NCBI GenBank assembly: GCA_951406725.2
Contig: OX597839.1
Span: forward strand, 32,860,001 to 32,924,000
Direction of reading: 5' to 3'
DNA from: Octopus vulgaris
Taxonomy: Eukaryota
DNA length: 64,000 bases
Shown: positions 25,271 to 38,816 of the stretch, piece after piece
Position numbering within the stretch: position 1 is the first letter of the stretch
Layout: each line of letters begins with the position of its first letter
Notes under the pieces: model-generated
What the model saw: only the letters and a program-made list of their open reading frames with translations
The model's database searches: none
Told to the model about the DNA's origin: nothing
Made by a program: the position numbers and the translations under genes

Positions 25271-27389
25271 ACGAACCCCCACCAACCACTCTGCCTATAT
25301 GTTTGTGCACATCTTTGAATACAGTGTATGCAATTCTAACTGAGGCCTCACATATATATATATATACACACATATATATATTGCCATGTAGGAAAGTACC
25401 CATGCTGCTTCTATATAAAAAGCACCCAGTACACTCTGTTAAGGGGTTGGCATTAGGAAGGGCACCCAGCTGTAGAAGCCATGCTGAAATAGACAATCGG
25501 AGCATTGTATGGCTTCTGGTGTTGTTAGCTCCTCTCAAACTGTCCGACCCATGCCAGCATGGAAAACGGATGTTGAATAATGATGATGAGGCGGAGGAGG
25601 AGAAGGAGGAGGATGTATGTGCATGTGTGTGTTTGTGAATACCTTTGACTTGATATCACATGATGCTTGTAAATGATCGTCACTGTCGTACAACCGGGGT
25701 GGTTTGTTTCCAATTTTTCCATGAAAAACATGATTCGCCATGGGGAAGTATAACCGCAAGACATGTGGCCATAGAAAATCAGCCCCAACAATTTCTGCCT
25801 GACCCACGCAAGCATGGAAAAGAGGATGGTGAAATAAGGATGGAAGCACTCCATCGGTTACGACGACGAGGGTTCCGGTTGATCCGAATCAACGGAACAG
25901 CCTGCTCGTGAAATTAACGTGTAAGTGGCTGAGCGCTCCACAGACACGTGTACCCTTGTTGGTGTGTTTACGTCCCCATAACTTAGCAGTTCGGCAAAAG
26001 AGACCAATAGAATAAGTACTGGGCTTACAAAGAATAAGTCCTGGGGTCGATTTGTTCGAATAAAGGCAGTGCTCCAGCATGGCCGCAGTCAAATGACTGA
26101 AACAAATAAAAGAATAAAAGAGGGTGATGAAAATAGGAGAGAGACAGACAGACAGACGGCATGGTTATGGGTCAGGTCCCTAACTACGGGGCTGGCCCAC
26201 TTTATATTCTCCCACCATTACCACCACCACCACTACTACTACTACTATCACCACCACCACAACTACTATTACTACTACAACCTGCACCAGCACAACTACT
26301 ACTGCTAGAATCACCTCACCCCCCAAATCATTCACCACAACAACAACAACAACCCCCCTGCCGCCACTTCTGTGCTATCATTGTCCCGACGACCACCACT
26401 CAAAAATATACGTCTCTATTTAGTTTTGATACAAAAGAAATCTATGATTCAATTTTTCTGAAGTACATTTTATAACACCATTAGACACACTTGTCTGCGT
26501 ACTTGTATGTGTATGTGTATGTGCATGTATGTGTGCATATGTGAGTACTTTCTTTTATCATTTATTAGCAGAACGTTACAATGGTTGCTCTCGGCCTGAA
26601 AGATGTGCATCTGATAAGGACCAGGCGTGAAACTCTTGCACTCGGTGTAATGACTTTCTGCCAATTAAAAAAAATAAGGTTTACTCAGCCATTGGTTTCC
26701 TTTTCTCCTGTTTGTTTTCCCTCCTAAGCCTACATCTATAAATGTAGGTCGATATTTCACCGTGACCGACCAGGCTATCAGACGTTGCTACACATCGCTG
26801 GTCACAATGCGCTTCGCATTGTTTTTTAGCCTTCAAATGACGTCACACCGCTGGCTAAGCGAGCAGGCCAACAGAAGAAAGAGTGAGAGAAAGTTGTGGT
26901 GAAAGAGTACAGCAGGGATCGCCACCACCCCCTGCCGGAGCCTCGTGGAGATTTTAGGTGTTTTCGCTCAATAAACACTCACGACGCCCGGTCTGGGAAT
27001 CGAAATCGCGATCCTACGAGTCCACTGCCCTAACCACTGGGCCATTATGCCTCCACATGTCGATATATATATAAATATAAATAGCTACATCTATATATGT
27101 GTGTTTAGGTCATCATCATCATCATCATCATCGTTTAACATCTGTCTTCCATGCATACATGGGCAGGACAGTTGACTGGAGCCAGCCAGGTAGAGGACTA
27201 CCCCGGGCTATTATGTCTGTTTCGACAGGGTTTTCACGGCTGGATGCCCTCCCTAACACCAACCACTTCACAGTGCATATGTGGGCACAGAACGTCATGA
27301 AACGTGTACAGCAAAAAAGTACAATGCATTTTCAAGCCTTTTTTTCATATATATTTCCACTTGTGCGGTACCTTACAACTTTACTTTGT

Positions 27390-27477
<88 letters not shown>

Positions 27478-27478
<1 letters not shown>

Positions 27479-27706
27479 GCGGCGAGCTGGCAGAAACGTT
27501 AGCACGCCGGGCGAAATACTTAGCAGTATTTCGTCTCTCGCTACGTTCTGAGTTCAAATTCCGCCGAGGTCGACTTTGCCTTTCATCCTTTCTGGGTCGA
27601 TAAATAAAGTACCAGTTACGCACTGGGGTCGATGTAATCTACTTAATCCCTTTTTCTGTCCTTGTTTGTCCCCTCTGTGTTTAGCCCCTTGTGGGTAGTA
27701 AAGAAA
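27478..27706 (+). mobile_element. SINE family 2
   Basis: Near-identical to 6885-7114, flanked by (TA)n. Confidence 0.85.
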
Positions 27707-28297
27707 TATATATATATATATATATATATATAAGAGAGAGAGGGTATGAAGAATTTTCATCAGGGCGACTCCAACTAACAGGTGTGCATTCTGAGTGCTG
27801 AAATAGGTGTGCCACCAAAATTCCAGTTTGAACAGCAGTTGAAGTTGTAGTTGTGTGATTGTTCTGTTCAAAAGTGGCTAAAGGTGGCTTCCCCTTGAGT
27901 CAGCAAGTGTAGGTTACAATTAGGCAAGGCTTGACAAGGACATTGAATTTCATTTAATTTGTTCAAAATTTAGCTTCATAATGCATGTTAAAAAATAGTC
28001 CTTGGCTGCTGTTTCAGGGATTAGCCCAGCTCTTGGAGCATCATATTGAGCAAAGAATCTGTAATTTGGGTATTCTATCATCGGAGAAACATAGGTTAGA
28101 TCTTGGAACAATGATTCTCATCAATGACATTTGATGTGTTCCAGAAACAGCTGTCGGAGACTATCTTTACTCTTTTGTACTATTTTTAGTACCATTTGTT
28201 ATGTAGCTAAACTTTACATTGAATTAAATGAAATCAAATGTCCTTGTACTACATTCTCTACTTGTTTACATTTCCTCACTACTTTAACCTATACATA

Positions 28298-28395
<98 letters not shown>

Positions 28396-28406
28396 TATCC
28401 ATACAT

Positions 28407-28440
<34 letters not shown>

Positions 28441-28845
28441 GTACACATAAACACACACGCATATATATATATATATGTATATATATAAATTAGAAAAAAA
28501 AACACCTTTTATTAAACGTATATATTTGGTAGAATAACTACCAAATATATACGTTTTATTTACTATTTTGCATATTACTTAATCATTGTTATATGTTTTA
28601 TCTTATATTTAATCTTTCTATAATATGTAATTTTCTAGATGGTATAATTTAATTTTTCATTATTGAATTGATAAAAGGTGTTTTTTTTCTAATTTATATA
28701 TATATATATATTATATTTTGTGAAATTTGATTTAGTATTTCTAAATTGAGTTTTTTCCCTGTAAGTTAGGAATAATATTCCCTCATATTATTTTTGTTAT
28801 TATTATTGTCATTATTATTATTATTATATATATATATGCTCATAT

Positions 28846-28880
<35 letters not shown>

Positions 28881-28961
28881 TACACATATATTTACATGTA
28901 TGTATGTCTATATATAAGTGTATATGTATATATATCATCATCATCATCATATATATATATG

Positions 28962-29003
<42 letters not shown>

Positions 29004-29013
<10 letters not shown>

Positions 29014-29786
29014 AGGGCTTAGTAAAATAAATTACTTTGCCACATACTGAACTCATTAGAAATAGCAGCTAAAGAAATTTCTTCAGCTATTTCTAATACT
29101 TAAAGAAGATCTCTCTCAGATAGTGTTTGCTCAAACCAACTCACAAAGGTATGGGGGAAAAAACATTAAAAAATCAAGTGCAAAGGTTATTTGAGAACGT
29201 ACGTTTCTAGATTAGTCAAATCGACATTTCTTTCGTCAGCTCAGAACTCCTTGATTCGGATTTGGGAACACTGAAAGTGGGAGCATACCCTTTTGGCTTC
29301 TTATCACCTCTAGATTTCCGCTCGAACTAAAAGTGCTATCAAATTCAAAATATGCAAGCGAAGAATTTCTGCTCTCCCCTTTCCACCAGCGTGGGTTAAA
29401 ATTGACAAACACTATGTTTTATCGGTGAAGACCGAAGCATTAAACAGAGAGAAATGAATTATAATTTCAACAATTGAGGGTAAAATTAATTAATTATTAA
29501 TCAATTTCACCAAGTATTCAGTATGTAAAGGGACCATTTTAGGCGAACTTTTGTGAGTTGGTTTGAGCAAACACTATCTGAGAGAGATCTTTTTTAAGTA
29601 TTAGAAATAGCTGAAGAAATTTCTTTAGCTGCTATTTCTAATGAGTTCAGTATGTGGCAAAGTAATTTATTTTACTAAGCCCTTATATATAATGTAATAT
29701 TTTGAATTCGCCTAAAATGGTCCCTTTACATACTGAATACTTGGTGAAATTGATTAATAATTAATTAATTTTACCCTCAATTGTTG

Positions 29787-29790
<4 letters not shown>
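29004..29790. mobile_element. (TA)n-embedded element with interleaved inverted repeats (Penelope-like architecture, family A)
   Basis: A 29004-29147 / A' 29550-29693 and B 29464-29547 / B' 29707-29790 are reverse complements. Related sequence at 50410-50850, 60270-60450, 62617-62772, and the end of 7140-7330. Confidence 0.65.
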
Positions 29791-29844
<54 letters not shown>

Positions 29845-30499
29845 GTATATACGTATATTCTTTTACTTTAACTTGTTTCAGTCACAGTAGACTCTGGCCA
29901 TGCTGGGGCACTTCCTTGGAGAATTTTAATTGAACGAATTGACCTCTACTCATTTTTTTGTTTAAATCCTGGTACTTATTCTATCAGTCTTTTGCTGAAC
30001 CATGGAGTTACGGGACATAAACACACCAACACCAGTTACCAAGCAGCAGTGGTGGACAAACACAAGCACAAAAACTCACACTCGAAAATCCATACATATA
30101 TATCGATGTATGTGTGCGTGTGTATATGTTTAGATGTGTGCGCATGTTTATGTATTATTTATGTATGTATATATAGCTGTATCAAAGTAAAAAGCCATTC
30201 AGCGGATTAAGAAAAGACTCGTTCACCAACCAGAGACAAGCTTCAGCTTACTTGCACGCCCTGTGCAATTGAAAGACCTGCTCAACCAACAAGAGGCAAC
30301 CTGGTACAACCATTGGTTTAGATACATGTCCTGTTTGCAAACAAAAGCTGGATGTTCATGCGATTCTAATGGAAGTGTATTCGCCAACCACGTACAATCG
30401 TTTGCTCACTTGCATATCCTGTTGACACGCATGAAATACACTCCGTTATTCTAACCCAAGAGCTTATTCAGTATTTTGCTTTGTGTGCCATAAAGCAAG

Positions 30500-30556
<57 letters not shown>

Positions 30557-30799
30557 GTCATTGTATTTACATTGGTTTTTCTGTATTAGCACAGGCTGAA
30601 TGTTTTGACAGAGTCCATTTGAGGTCAGAAGAATACAGGACTGAGAGGCCATAAAACCATGGGGCCACGGGGCTACAGGGCCCCAGTGTCTCATTTTTGG
30701 CATTGTTTTCTGTGACTAGATGGGTTTTTTTTTGGTTTTTTATTCATGACACCTTCTAACTTGCAAGACTACAGAAACACATACATACATGCATACATG

Positions 30800-30874
<75 letters not shown>

Positions 30875-30910
30875 CCCATGCTAGCATGGAGAACGGACGT
30901 TAAACGACGA

Positions 30911-30961
<51 letters not shown>

Positions 30962-30964
<3 letters not shown>

Positions 30965-31170
30965 CACACATGCACACACTTACACACACACACTCACACA
31001 TACACATACATACATACATTCATACATACATACATACATACATACAAACATACACACACACACACATACATGCATACATACATACATACATGCATACATA
31101 CATACATACAAACATACATACATACAAACATACACACACACATACATGCATACATACATACATACATGCA

Positions 31171-31204
<34 letters not shown>

Positions 31205-31317
31205 CAAACATACATACATACAAACATACACACACACACATACATACATACATACAAACATACATACATACATACATACATACATACTTACATACATACA
31301 CACATACATACATACAT
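30962..31317. repeat. (CATA)n/(CA)n microsatellite
   Basis: Direct inspection. Confidence 0.9.
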
Positions 31318-31540
31318 ATGAGGGAGTGCTGAAAAGTTCCTGGCTTTGAGTGAAAGGAAAATAGAGGAGGATCAGTTAATTATGATTTTATCCAACATAT
31401 TTCCCTCTCAGATTCACACACTTATTGCAGCAGTCCTTCAGCTTTTGTAAGCCTTGTAAAAAAAACCTCTGGAGGTAGGACCTCCAACCAGGTCTTTCGT
31501 GATGCCCTTAAAGCCAGGAATTTTGCAGCACCCCTTTGTA
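31317..31540. mobile_element. Mariner-type MITE
   Basis: Imperfect TIRs 'gagggagtgctgaaaagttcctggctt' and 'aagccaggaattttgcagcacccct', with TA flanks. Confidence 0.65.
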
Positions 31541-31580
31541 TATACAGATGTGTGTTTCATAAGAAAAAGAAAAATATAAC

Positions 31581-31840
<260 letters not shown>

Positions 31841-32398
31841 TGAGAGAGTGAGGAAAACATAAATAAGTAAATATTGACGTTTGTGTGTGTGTGTGTGAGT
31901 TTGTGTATATCTGAATGTGTGCCTATGAATGTGTGTGAGTGCTTATGTGTGTGTGTGTGTATTTATGCATGTGTGTGAGTGAGTGCATGTGTATATCTGA
32001 GTATGTGTGTGAGAGGCAAACAGTAACGGTACCAGAAAGTAATGTTTCTATACCGACAGAATGTGGCAGTCCTATAAAGGACGTTGGCACAGTTGTTATA
32101 GTCCCAGGAAAACATCTTTAGTTGTTAGAATGCTGAGACTCACTCTTAAGGGTTAAACAAAGTCAGTGTATTTTTCTACAGGAACATATATGGTAACAAA
32201 AGGGTTAAAGTGATTGAAATTAAAACCTCCCATCAAAATTTCGTGTTGATTTATGTTCCAAGCACTATCTTAATGATACCAAAATTATTTTACCTAATTA
32301 ATTAAAACAAAGGCTCTGTATTCCAACAGGAATATGGTAAAGAGAAGCATTAAAGGTGTGGTCCCATTTCCTTCATGGGATCGGTATATTGTGTTAAT

Positions 32399-32788
32399 GT
32401 GGAGGCGCAATGGCCCAGTGGTTAGGGCAGCGGACTCGCGGTCATAGGATCGCGGTTTCGATTCCCAGACTGGGTGTTGTGAGTGTTTATTGAGCGAAAA
32501 CACCTAAAAGCTCCACGAGGCTCCGGCAGGGGATGGTGGTGATCCCTGCTGTACTCTTTCACCACAACTTTCTCTCTCACTCTTACTTCCTGTTTCTGTT
32601 GTACCTGTATTTCAAAGGGCCGGCCTTGACACTCTCTGTGTCACGCTGAATATCCCCAAGAACTACGTTAAGGGTACACGTGTCTGTGGAGTGCTCAGCC
32701 ACTTACACGTTAATTTCACGAGCAGGCTGTTCCGTTGATTCGGATCAACCGGAACCCTCGTCATCGTAACCGACGGAGTGCTTCCACA
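32399..32788 (+). mobile_element. tRNA-derived SINE family 4
   Basis: tRNA-like head GGCGCAATGGCCCAGTGGTTAGGGCAGCGGACTCGCGGTC...GGTTTCGATTCC. Related pieces at 26757-27057(-), 52790-53107(-), 3490-3785(-) and 58515-58803. Confidence 0.75.
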
Positions 32789-32853
32789 TATTGTGTTAAT
32801 AGAGAAAACCACATTTATAGTTTGTCAAATTTGTTTTTCTTTTCCCTCCACAG

Positions 32854-32973
32854 TATGGCAAGAAGCTGATGCCAAGATCGGATCCTCCACGGCTGAAAAA
32901 GAAAGAAGATAAGAAAGTTGATGAAACATCTCGAGAAGAGGAGGAACTTGCCTACTTTTTCACTGGTAATTAA
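32854..32973 (+). CDS. CFAP100: CFAP100 C-terminal exon G (YGKKLMPRSDPPRLKKKEDKKVDETSREEEELAYFFTGN*)
   Basis: Strong pyrimidine tract + cacAG acceptor after a 14.6 kb intron. 'G.KL..RS.PP ... EEEEL..FFT' is the family C-terminus. TAA at 32971-32973, or splicing after 32965 (see findings). Confidence 0.9.
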   Translation, partial: YGKKLMPRSDPPRLKKKEDKKVDETSREEEELAYFFTGN

Positions 32974-33421
32974 TGGACATTCTTCTCCCTCTTTTATTTT
33001 ATTTTATTTTTTATCGCAATTAGAGAGTAATTTGGGGGGGGCAAAATTTCATTTTTTTATTGTTTTATCATTAATTTTCACTTTTTTTAATTACTTTATT
33101 ATACTTGTCTTGGTTTATAAAAAAATTATTTTTTGTGGACTTTTGTAAAAGCATTTTATTAATTTATTATAAATTTTTAAAATTATTTTATTTCTAAATT
33201 TCAGATATTTTTTAAAGATTATTTAACTGCATATTTTCCTGGGTTTTTGTTTTTAGAATTATTTTATTTTAAACATTTGTTTTAAAATGTTTTATTTCTA
33301 ATGTTTTTTAAAAATATTTTATTTTAAGTAGTCATGATAATTTTTTTAAAATATTCCATTTCGTATTTCATGTACATTTTGCTAAAAATTATTTATTCTA
33401 AATTGCCATGCTTTAAAACAG

Positions 33422-33496
<75 letters not shown>

Positions 33497-34189
33497 CATA
33501 GATATATCTTTTAGGTAATCTTTATATCCAACTCTGCTTCATCTCATGTTTGTATTTCGTCCTTGTATCTCATTCGATTTCATTCGATTTCATTATATTT
33601 TGTAAAATTTTAAAAGTCATATAATCATTGTGTGTCTGACCCCAATCAGGCTGTATTGTCCCCCTCTATGTTTGGGCCCTTGTGGCTAATAAAGAAATTG
33701 GAAGTTGTGTTAGAACACCAGATACTGCATTATTTATCTTGAGAGGATTTCTCATATTGACACAAGGTGTATAGAAGCACTCATATTTATACGATTGGCA
33801 GTTGAGAACCTTCTGCTCTGGGTGCTGGAACTGCCAGATCACGTAATTTCCACCTTCCCTATCTCTTCAGTAGCAGATGTCCTACAGTGGCATATTGACA
33901 GAATTTTGCTGTCAATGGTATACAGAATTTTTGTGTCCTTTCAGGCACTGGTGTCTCAAATGGCCAGCAGGCTTATTAAAAACTCCTTCTGCTTCTGTCC
34001 TCTGCCAAAATTTTATTCGATGCAGGTATAGGTTGGACAGTTCGACTGGGCTGGCATGCTGGAAGGCTGGAGTCTGGTGCAGCCTTTCCAATATGCCAGT
34101 CCTCAGTCAAACCGACCAACCCATGCCAGCATGGACAATAGGCATTAAATGATGGTGATGACGATGACGAGGATGGTGATTGTATAATA

Positions 34190-34503
34190 ATCCGGGTTGC
34201 GGATCCGTGGAATAAGCTGCCGGACAAGATAGTAAAGATGCCGATGACCGCTCGGTTCAAAGTCTCCCTTGACCACAAATGGCCTGAACTCTTTACATGA
34301 ACACCATCCTGTACATAACTCCACGTCCCCCTACATTGCCTTGCTTTTTGAAGATGCCGACGACCGCTCGGTTCAAAGTCTCCCTTGACCACAAGTGGCC
34401 TGAACTCTTTACATGAACACCACCCTGTACATAACTCCACGTACCCCTACATGGCCTTGCTTTTTGCTTTTTGAACCAAAAAATTAACTAACTAACTAAC
34501 TAA
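34190..34503 (+). mobile_element. CR1-type LINE 3' end, internally duplicated, (AACT)n tail
   Basis: RVADPWNKLPDKIVKMPMTARFKVSLDHKWPELF. 34235-34349 is repeated at 34351-34467. Confidence 0.65.
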
Positions 34504-35429
34504 TAATATTTATAAATGTTTTTCTTTTTCTTTCCGTTTCCGCAGAATGAGGAAGGCATCTCCCTTTTCTGATGGTGTCCTTTGGCCTTGGATCAATTTA
34601 AAGTTTACCTTTGTGTCACTGAAGATTTTAGAGACAGAGATAGAGATAGAGAGAGAGGGGGTGGAGAAGGAGAAAGAGAAAGAAACAAGGAGAGAGAGAA
34701 AGTGAGAGAGAGAGAGAGAGACAAAATTGTTAAATGAAAAAAAATAAAAGCCAAAAAAATTGTAAAGTAGAAAAACAAAACAAAGAAAAATTAAAGTGAA
34801 ATAAAAAAATATAAAAGTGAAAACAATTGACTGTTGAGACAACAACAACAACAACAATTGTAAAAAACATAAATAAGTAAATATTTGTGTGTGTGTGTGT
34901 GTGTGTGTTTGTGTATATCTGAATGTGTACGTATGCATGTGTGTGAGTGAGTGCATGTGTATATCTGAGTATGTGTGTGTGTGAGTGTTTATGCATGTGT
35001 GTGAGTTTGTGTACGTACATGTGTGAGTGTGTATGAATGTATGCGTGTGTATGGATATGTATGTGTGAATGCGTATGCATGTTTATATGTGTGTGTGAGT
35101 GTATTTGTATTTGTGTGTGTATAAGTTTATTCGTGTGTATATGCATGTGTATGAGTGTGTGTGTGTATGTACAAGTGTAACTGTGTGTGTGTGAGTGTAT
35201 ATGTGTATGAGTGTGTGCATGCATGTGTATGAGTGTGCGTGTGTGTATGTCCAGGAGGAGGGTTCAGTTCAGGGTTACATAAACACGTTTAATGTAACCC
35301 ATTTGTGTGTGTGTTATTGCGTGTATAATTGTATCTGAGTTGGCACAGTGTATTTGTGTGCATCTGTGTATATTTGAGATTATTGTGTGTGAGTGGGGTT
35401 CAGTGTTGGATTATGTGTTTTTTTTTATA

Positions 35430-36309
35430 AAAGAAACAGAGAAACTTTCAAAATACAAAGACCTGGAAATATAGGCAACTCGAATGCGAAGCCTAAAAAC
35501 AGAAACAATTCCTATCATAGTAAAAGTGCATTAGGCACGATGAGAAAACATTCAGAGAAATACATAGCAAAAACACCAGGACTAACAAGAATATATAACA
35601 TAGAGAAAATAGCACTACTGGGCACTGCACACACATCCTACATAAAAACACTTTCAATACTGTGAAAATCAGAGCACCACAACAAAGCACAGCACATGCG
35701 TTGGACAAAGCATATATCTAAAATTGTCAAGAAGGCCGAGGGTGTCTTGGCATCACTCAGCAAGACTTTAGTTAGCCGCTCTCCAGCCCTCTATTTAAAA
35801 CTGTATACAGCTATGGTACGACCACACTTGGAATTCGCATCATCAGTTTGGAACCCCTATCTTGCTCAGAACATTGACCTCCTGGAATCTGTCCAGAGAC
35901 GTGCAACCAAACGCATACCCTCCATCAGACACCTACCATATTCTGAGCGCCTTGTTTCCCTGGGCATGGATTCACTGAAGCTCCGGCGTCTGGCGACGGA
36001 CTTGGTAAACACTCACAAAGTTATCAACCACCTCAGCAACAACAACACTGAACACCTTTTTGATCTCCATGTGTCTAACACACGTGGACATGCCCACAAA
36101 GTCAGAAAACAACACAGCTCCCATGACTTTCGGAAACATTTTTTCACGCTCAGAGTTGCTGAAGCATGGAATAAACTGCCTGCGTCAGTTGTTGACTGCC
36201 ATGACACTGCATCCTTTAAGGCCCTCATGCTTTCCAAAAATCTGCCGAAACTACACCTGATTATATATACACTTTAGATGAGTTGTAGTGCACCTGAGCA
36301 CTGTACACA

Positions 36310-36345
<36 letters not shown>

Positions 36346-36590
36346 CCCAAGGAATGCAGAGCTACATTTAGTAGTGCAATGAAAGCATGTGCTAAAAATA
36401 AGTCTACAGAATGATAATAACAATAATAATGATAATAATGCACACATCCTATGTAAAAGCACTTAACGAGAGCACCACAACAAACCACAGGACATACCCA
36501 AGGCACACAGAGCTGTGATTGGTAGTTCAGGGAAAGCATGTGATAAATATAAGACTACTGAATAAGAAGAAGAAGAAGAAGAATAAAAGA
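35430..36590 (+). mobile_element. Decayed R4/Dong-like (RLE-type) LINE 3' end, interrupted by the CR1-type insertion
   Basis: Frame-broken KLSKYKDLEI...LKTETIPIIV..ALG...PG...IYNIEKIALLGTAH. The 3' UTR resumes at 36343 ('atacccaagg'). Confidence 0.6.
35696..36343 (+). mobile_element. 5'-truncated CR1/L2-type LINE, same family, with (ATT)n tail
   Basis: LYTAMVRPHLEFASSVWNPY...VQRRATKRIP...WNKLP. 3' end 'gtgcacctgagcactgtacacaatt(att)n'. Confidence 0.88.
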
Positions 36591-36650
36591 AAAAGATAGA
36601 GAACTGAAAATAATAGTAGAAAACACAAACATGGGAATATATAAATAAAA

Positions 36651-37415
36651 AGGCGCAGGAGTGGCTGTGTGGTAGGTAGCTTGTTTACCAACCACATGGT
36701 TCTGGGTTCAGTCCCACTGCGTGGCACCTTGGGCAAGTGTCTTCTACTATAGCCTCGGGCCGACTAAAGCCTTGTGAGTGGATTTGGTAGATGGAAACTG
36801 AAAGAAGCCTGTTGTATATATATATATATATGTGTATATGTTTGTGTGTCTGTTTGACCCCCCCCCTCCCAACATCGCTTGACAACCGATGGTGGTGTGT
36901 TTACGTCCCCATAACTTAGCGGTTCGGCAAAAAAGAGCGATAGAATAAGTACTAGGCTCCCAAAGAATAAGTCCCGGGGGTCGAGTTGCTCGACTAAAGG
37001 CGGTGCTCCAGCATGGCCACAGTCAAATGACTGAAACAAGTAAAAGAGATTCTTTCACACATTCCAGTCATTTGACAACAGCCATGCTGGAGTACTACCT
37101 TAAAGGGTTTTAGTCGAAGAAATTGACCCCAGGACTTATTCTTTGTAAGTCTAGTACTTATTCTATCAGTCTCTTTTGCTGAACCACTAGGCTAGGGGAA
37201 GATAAAGACACCAACATCAGTTGTCAAGACGCAAACACATAAATAAATATATACAATGGGCTTCTTTCAGTTTCCATCTACCAAATCCACTCACATGGCT
37301 TTGGTTGGCCCAAGGCTATATTAAAAGAGACTTACCCAGGGACCCATGCAGTAGGACTGAACCCGGAACCATGTAGTTGGGAAAGAAGCTTCTTACCACA
37401 CAGCCACACCTAGGC
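36651..37415. mobile_element. Tail-to-tail pair of SINE family 1 (+ 36651-37048, - 37063-37415)
   Basis: The second copy is a diverged reverse complement of the first. Confidence 0.8.
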
Positions 37416-37994
37416 ACCCAGTTTAAATCTTTTTAATCCAATAGAATTCTCTTAAAATTATTAAGCCCTTTTTACATATAAAGGGTTCTGTTACATTTAA
37501 CATACTTTAAAATCTGAGTCCCTCTGAATCTACAAAGGCCTTTTAAATTTTGGGGTTTCTCTAAACTATTTGGTGTCCTAAATTTAATGGGGAGTATATT
37601 GTTGTGATGCATGTGCCTGGTGTACCCTTATCAGACGGGTAGTCATGATGGGTACACTGGGCTTTGTATATTTGTACCTTAGGGTCACTTTGATGGGATG
37701 CGCGGTTCTCTCACACAATAATAATAATGATGATGATGATGTTTTCAAATTTTGCCACAAGGGCTACAGTGTTGGGGGAGGAGATGAGTTGATTACATCG
37801 ACCCCAGTGTTCAACTGGTACTTATTTTATTGACCCCGAAAGGATGAAAGGCAAAGCTGACCTTGATGGAATTTGAACTCAGAACGTAGCAACAGAAGAA
37901 ATACTGTTAAGCATTTCATCCGGTGCGCTAACAATTCTGCCAGCTCACTGCCTTAACTACTACTACTACTAATAATTATAATAATTAATTAATT

Positions 37995-38816
37995 ATTTTT
38001 ATTGGCCACAAGGGCCGACAAACATGATTGGAAAACATAAAGGGACAAAACAGGGCGAAAGGTTACAAAGAGTTTTGTCCGTTTGTGAAAAAATCGTGTA
38101 AAAACAGTGTAACAATCAAATAATATAACAAACAATGAAAAACTCCCAATTAGGAGAGGCGTTACGAAAGGTTCCTGGTGGAAAAACCCATAAAAGCCAA
38201 CTGGAGCCTGGTCAAAAGGGGGGTAGAGAGCCCCTTTCTCCTTTTATAATACCTTTTTTAATTACAGGCGCAACCTCAGAATTGGTCCATTTGTACTGGC
38301 CATTCTTGCACAATTCACCCACCTTTCAGAAAACTTGCTATCAGACAGCACTCTCCTCTCTAACCTCATCTTCCTTTTCAAGTGAAACTTGAAAAAGTTG
38401 ATGAGGCCTTGACCAATAATAATAATAATAATAATAATAATTAATTCTTTTTATTGGCCACAAGGGCTGACACACATGATTAGTAAACATAAAGGGACAA
38501 AACAGGACGAAAGGTTACAAAGGGTTTTGTCCATTTGTGAAAAATCCGAGTAAAAACAGTTTAACAACGAAAGATTATAACAATGAAAATCTCCCAATAG
38601 GGGAAGGCGCTTCGAAAGGTTCCTGGTGGAAAAACCCATAAAAGCCAACGGGAGCCTGGTCAAAAGGGGGGTAGAGAGCCCTTTTCTCCTTTTTTGAAAC
38701 CTTTTTCATTCATAGGCGAAACCTGAGAATTGGTCCATTTGTACTGGCCATTCTTGCACAATTCACCCACCTTTCAGAAAACTTGCTATCGGACAGCACT
38801 CTCCTCTCTAACCTCA
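37995..38816 (-). mobile_element. Two tandem 3' fragments of an L1/Tx1-like LINE
   Basis: 37995-38415 and 38447-38816 are homologous. Minus translation GQGLINFFKFHLKRKMRLERRVLSDSKFSERW resembles an L1/Tx1 ORF2 C-terminus. AATAAA and (TTA)n tails. Confidence 0.55.

Noticed and set aside
27735-28200. Non-repetitive stretch in the long intron, a possible nested gene
   Set aside because: The frames I read contain stops and I found no recognisable motif or clear splice signals. Possibly an old transposon relic.
32399-32475. tRNA-like sequence
   Set aside because: It continues directly into a multi-copy SINE body and lacks a proper acceptor stem and terminator, so it is treated as a SINE head.
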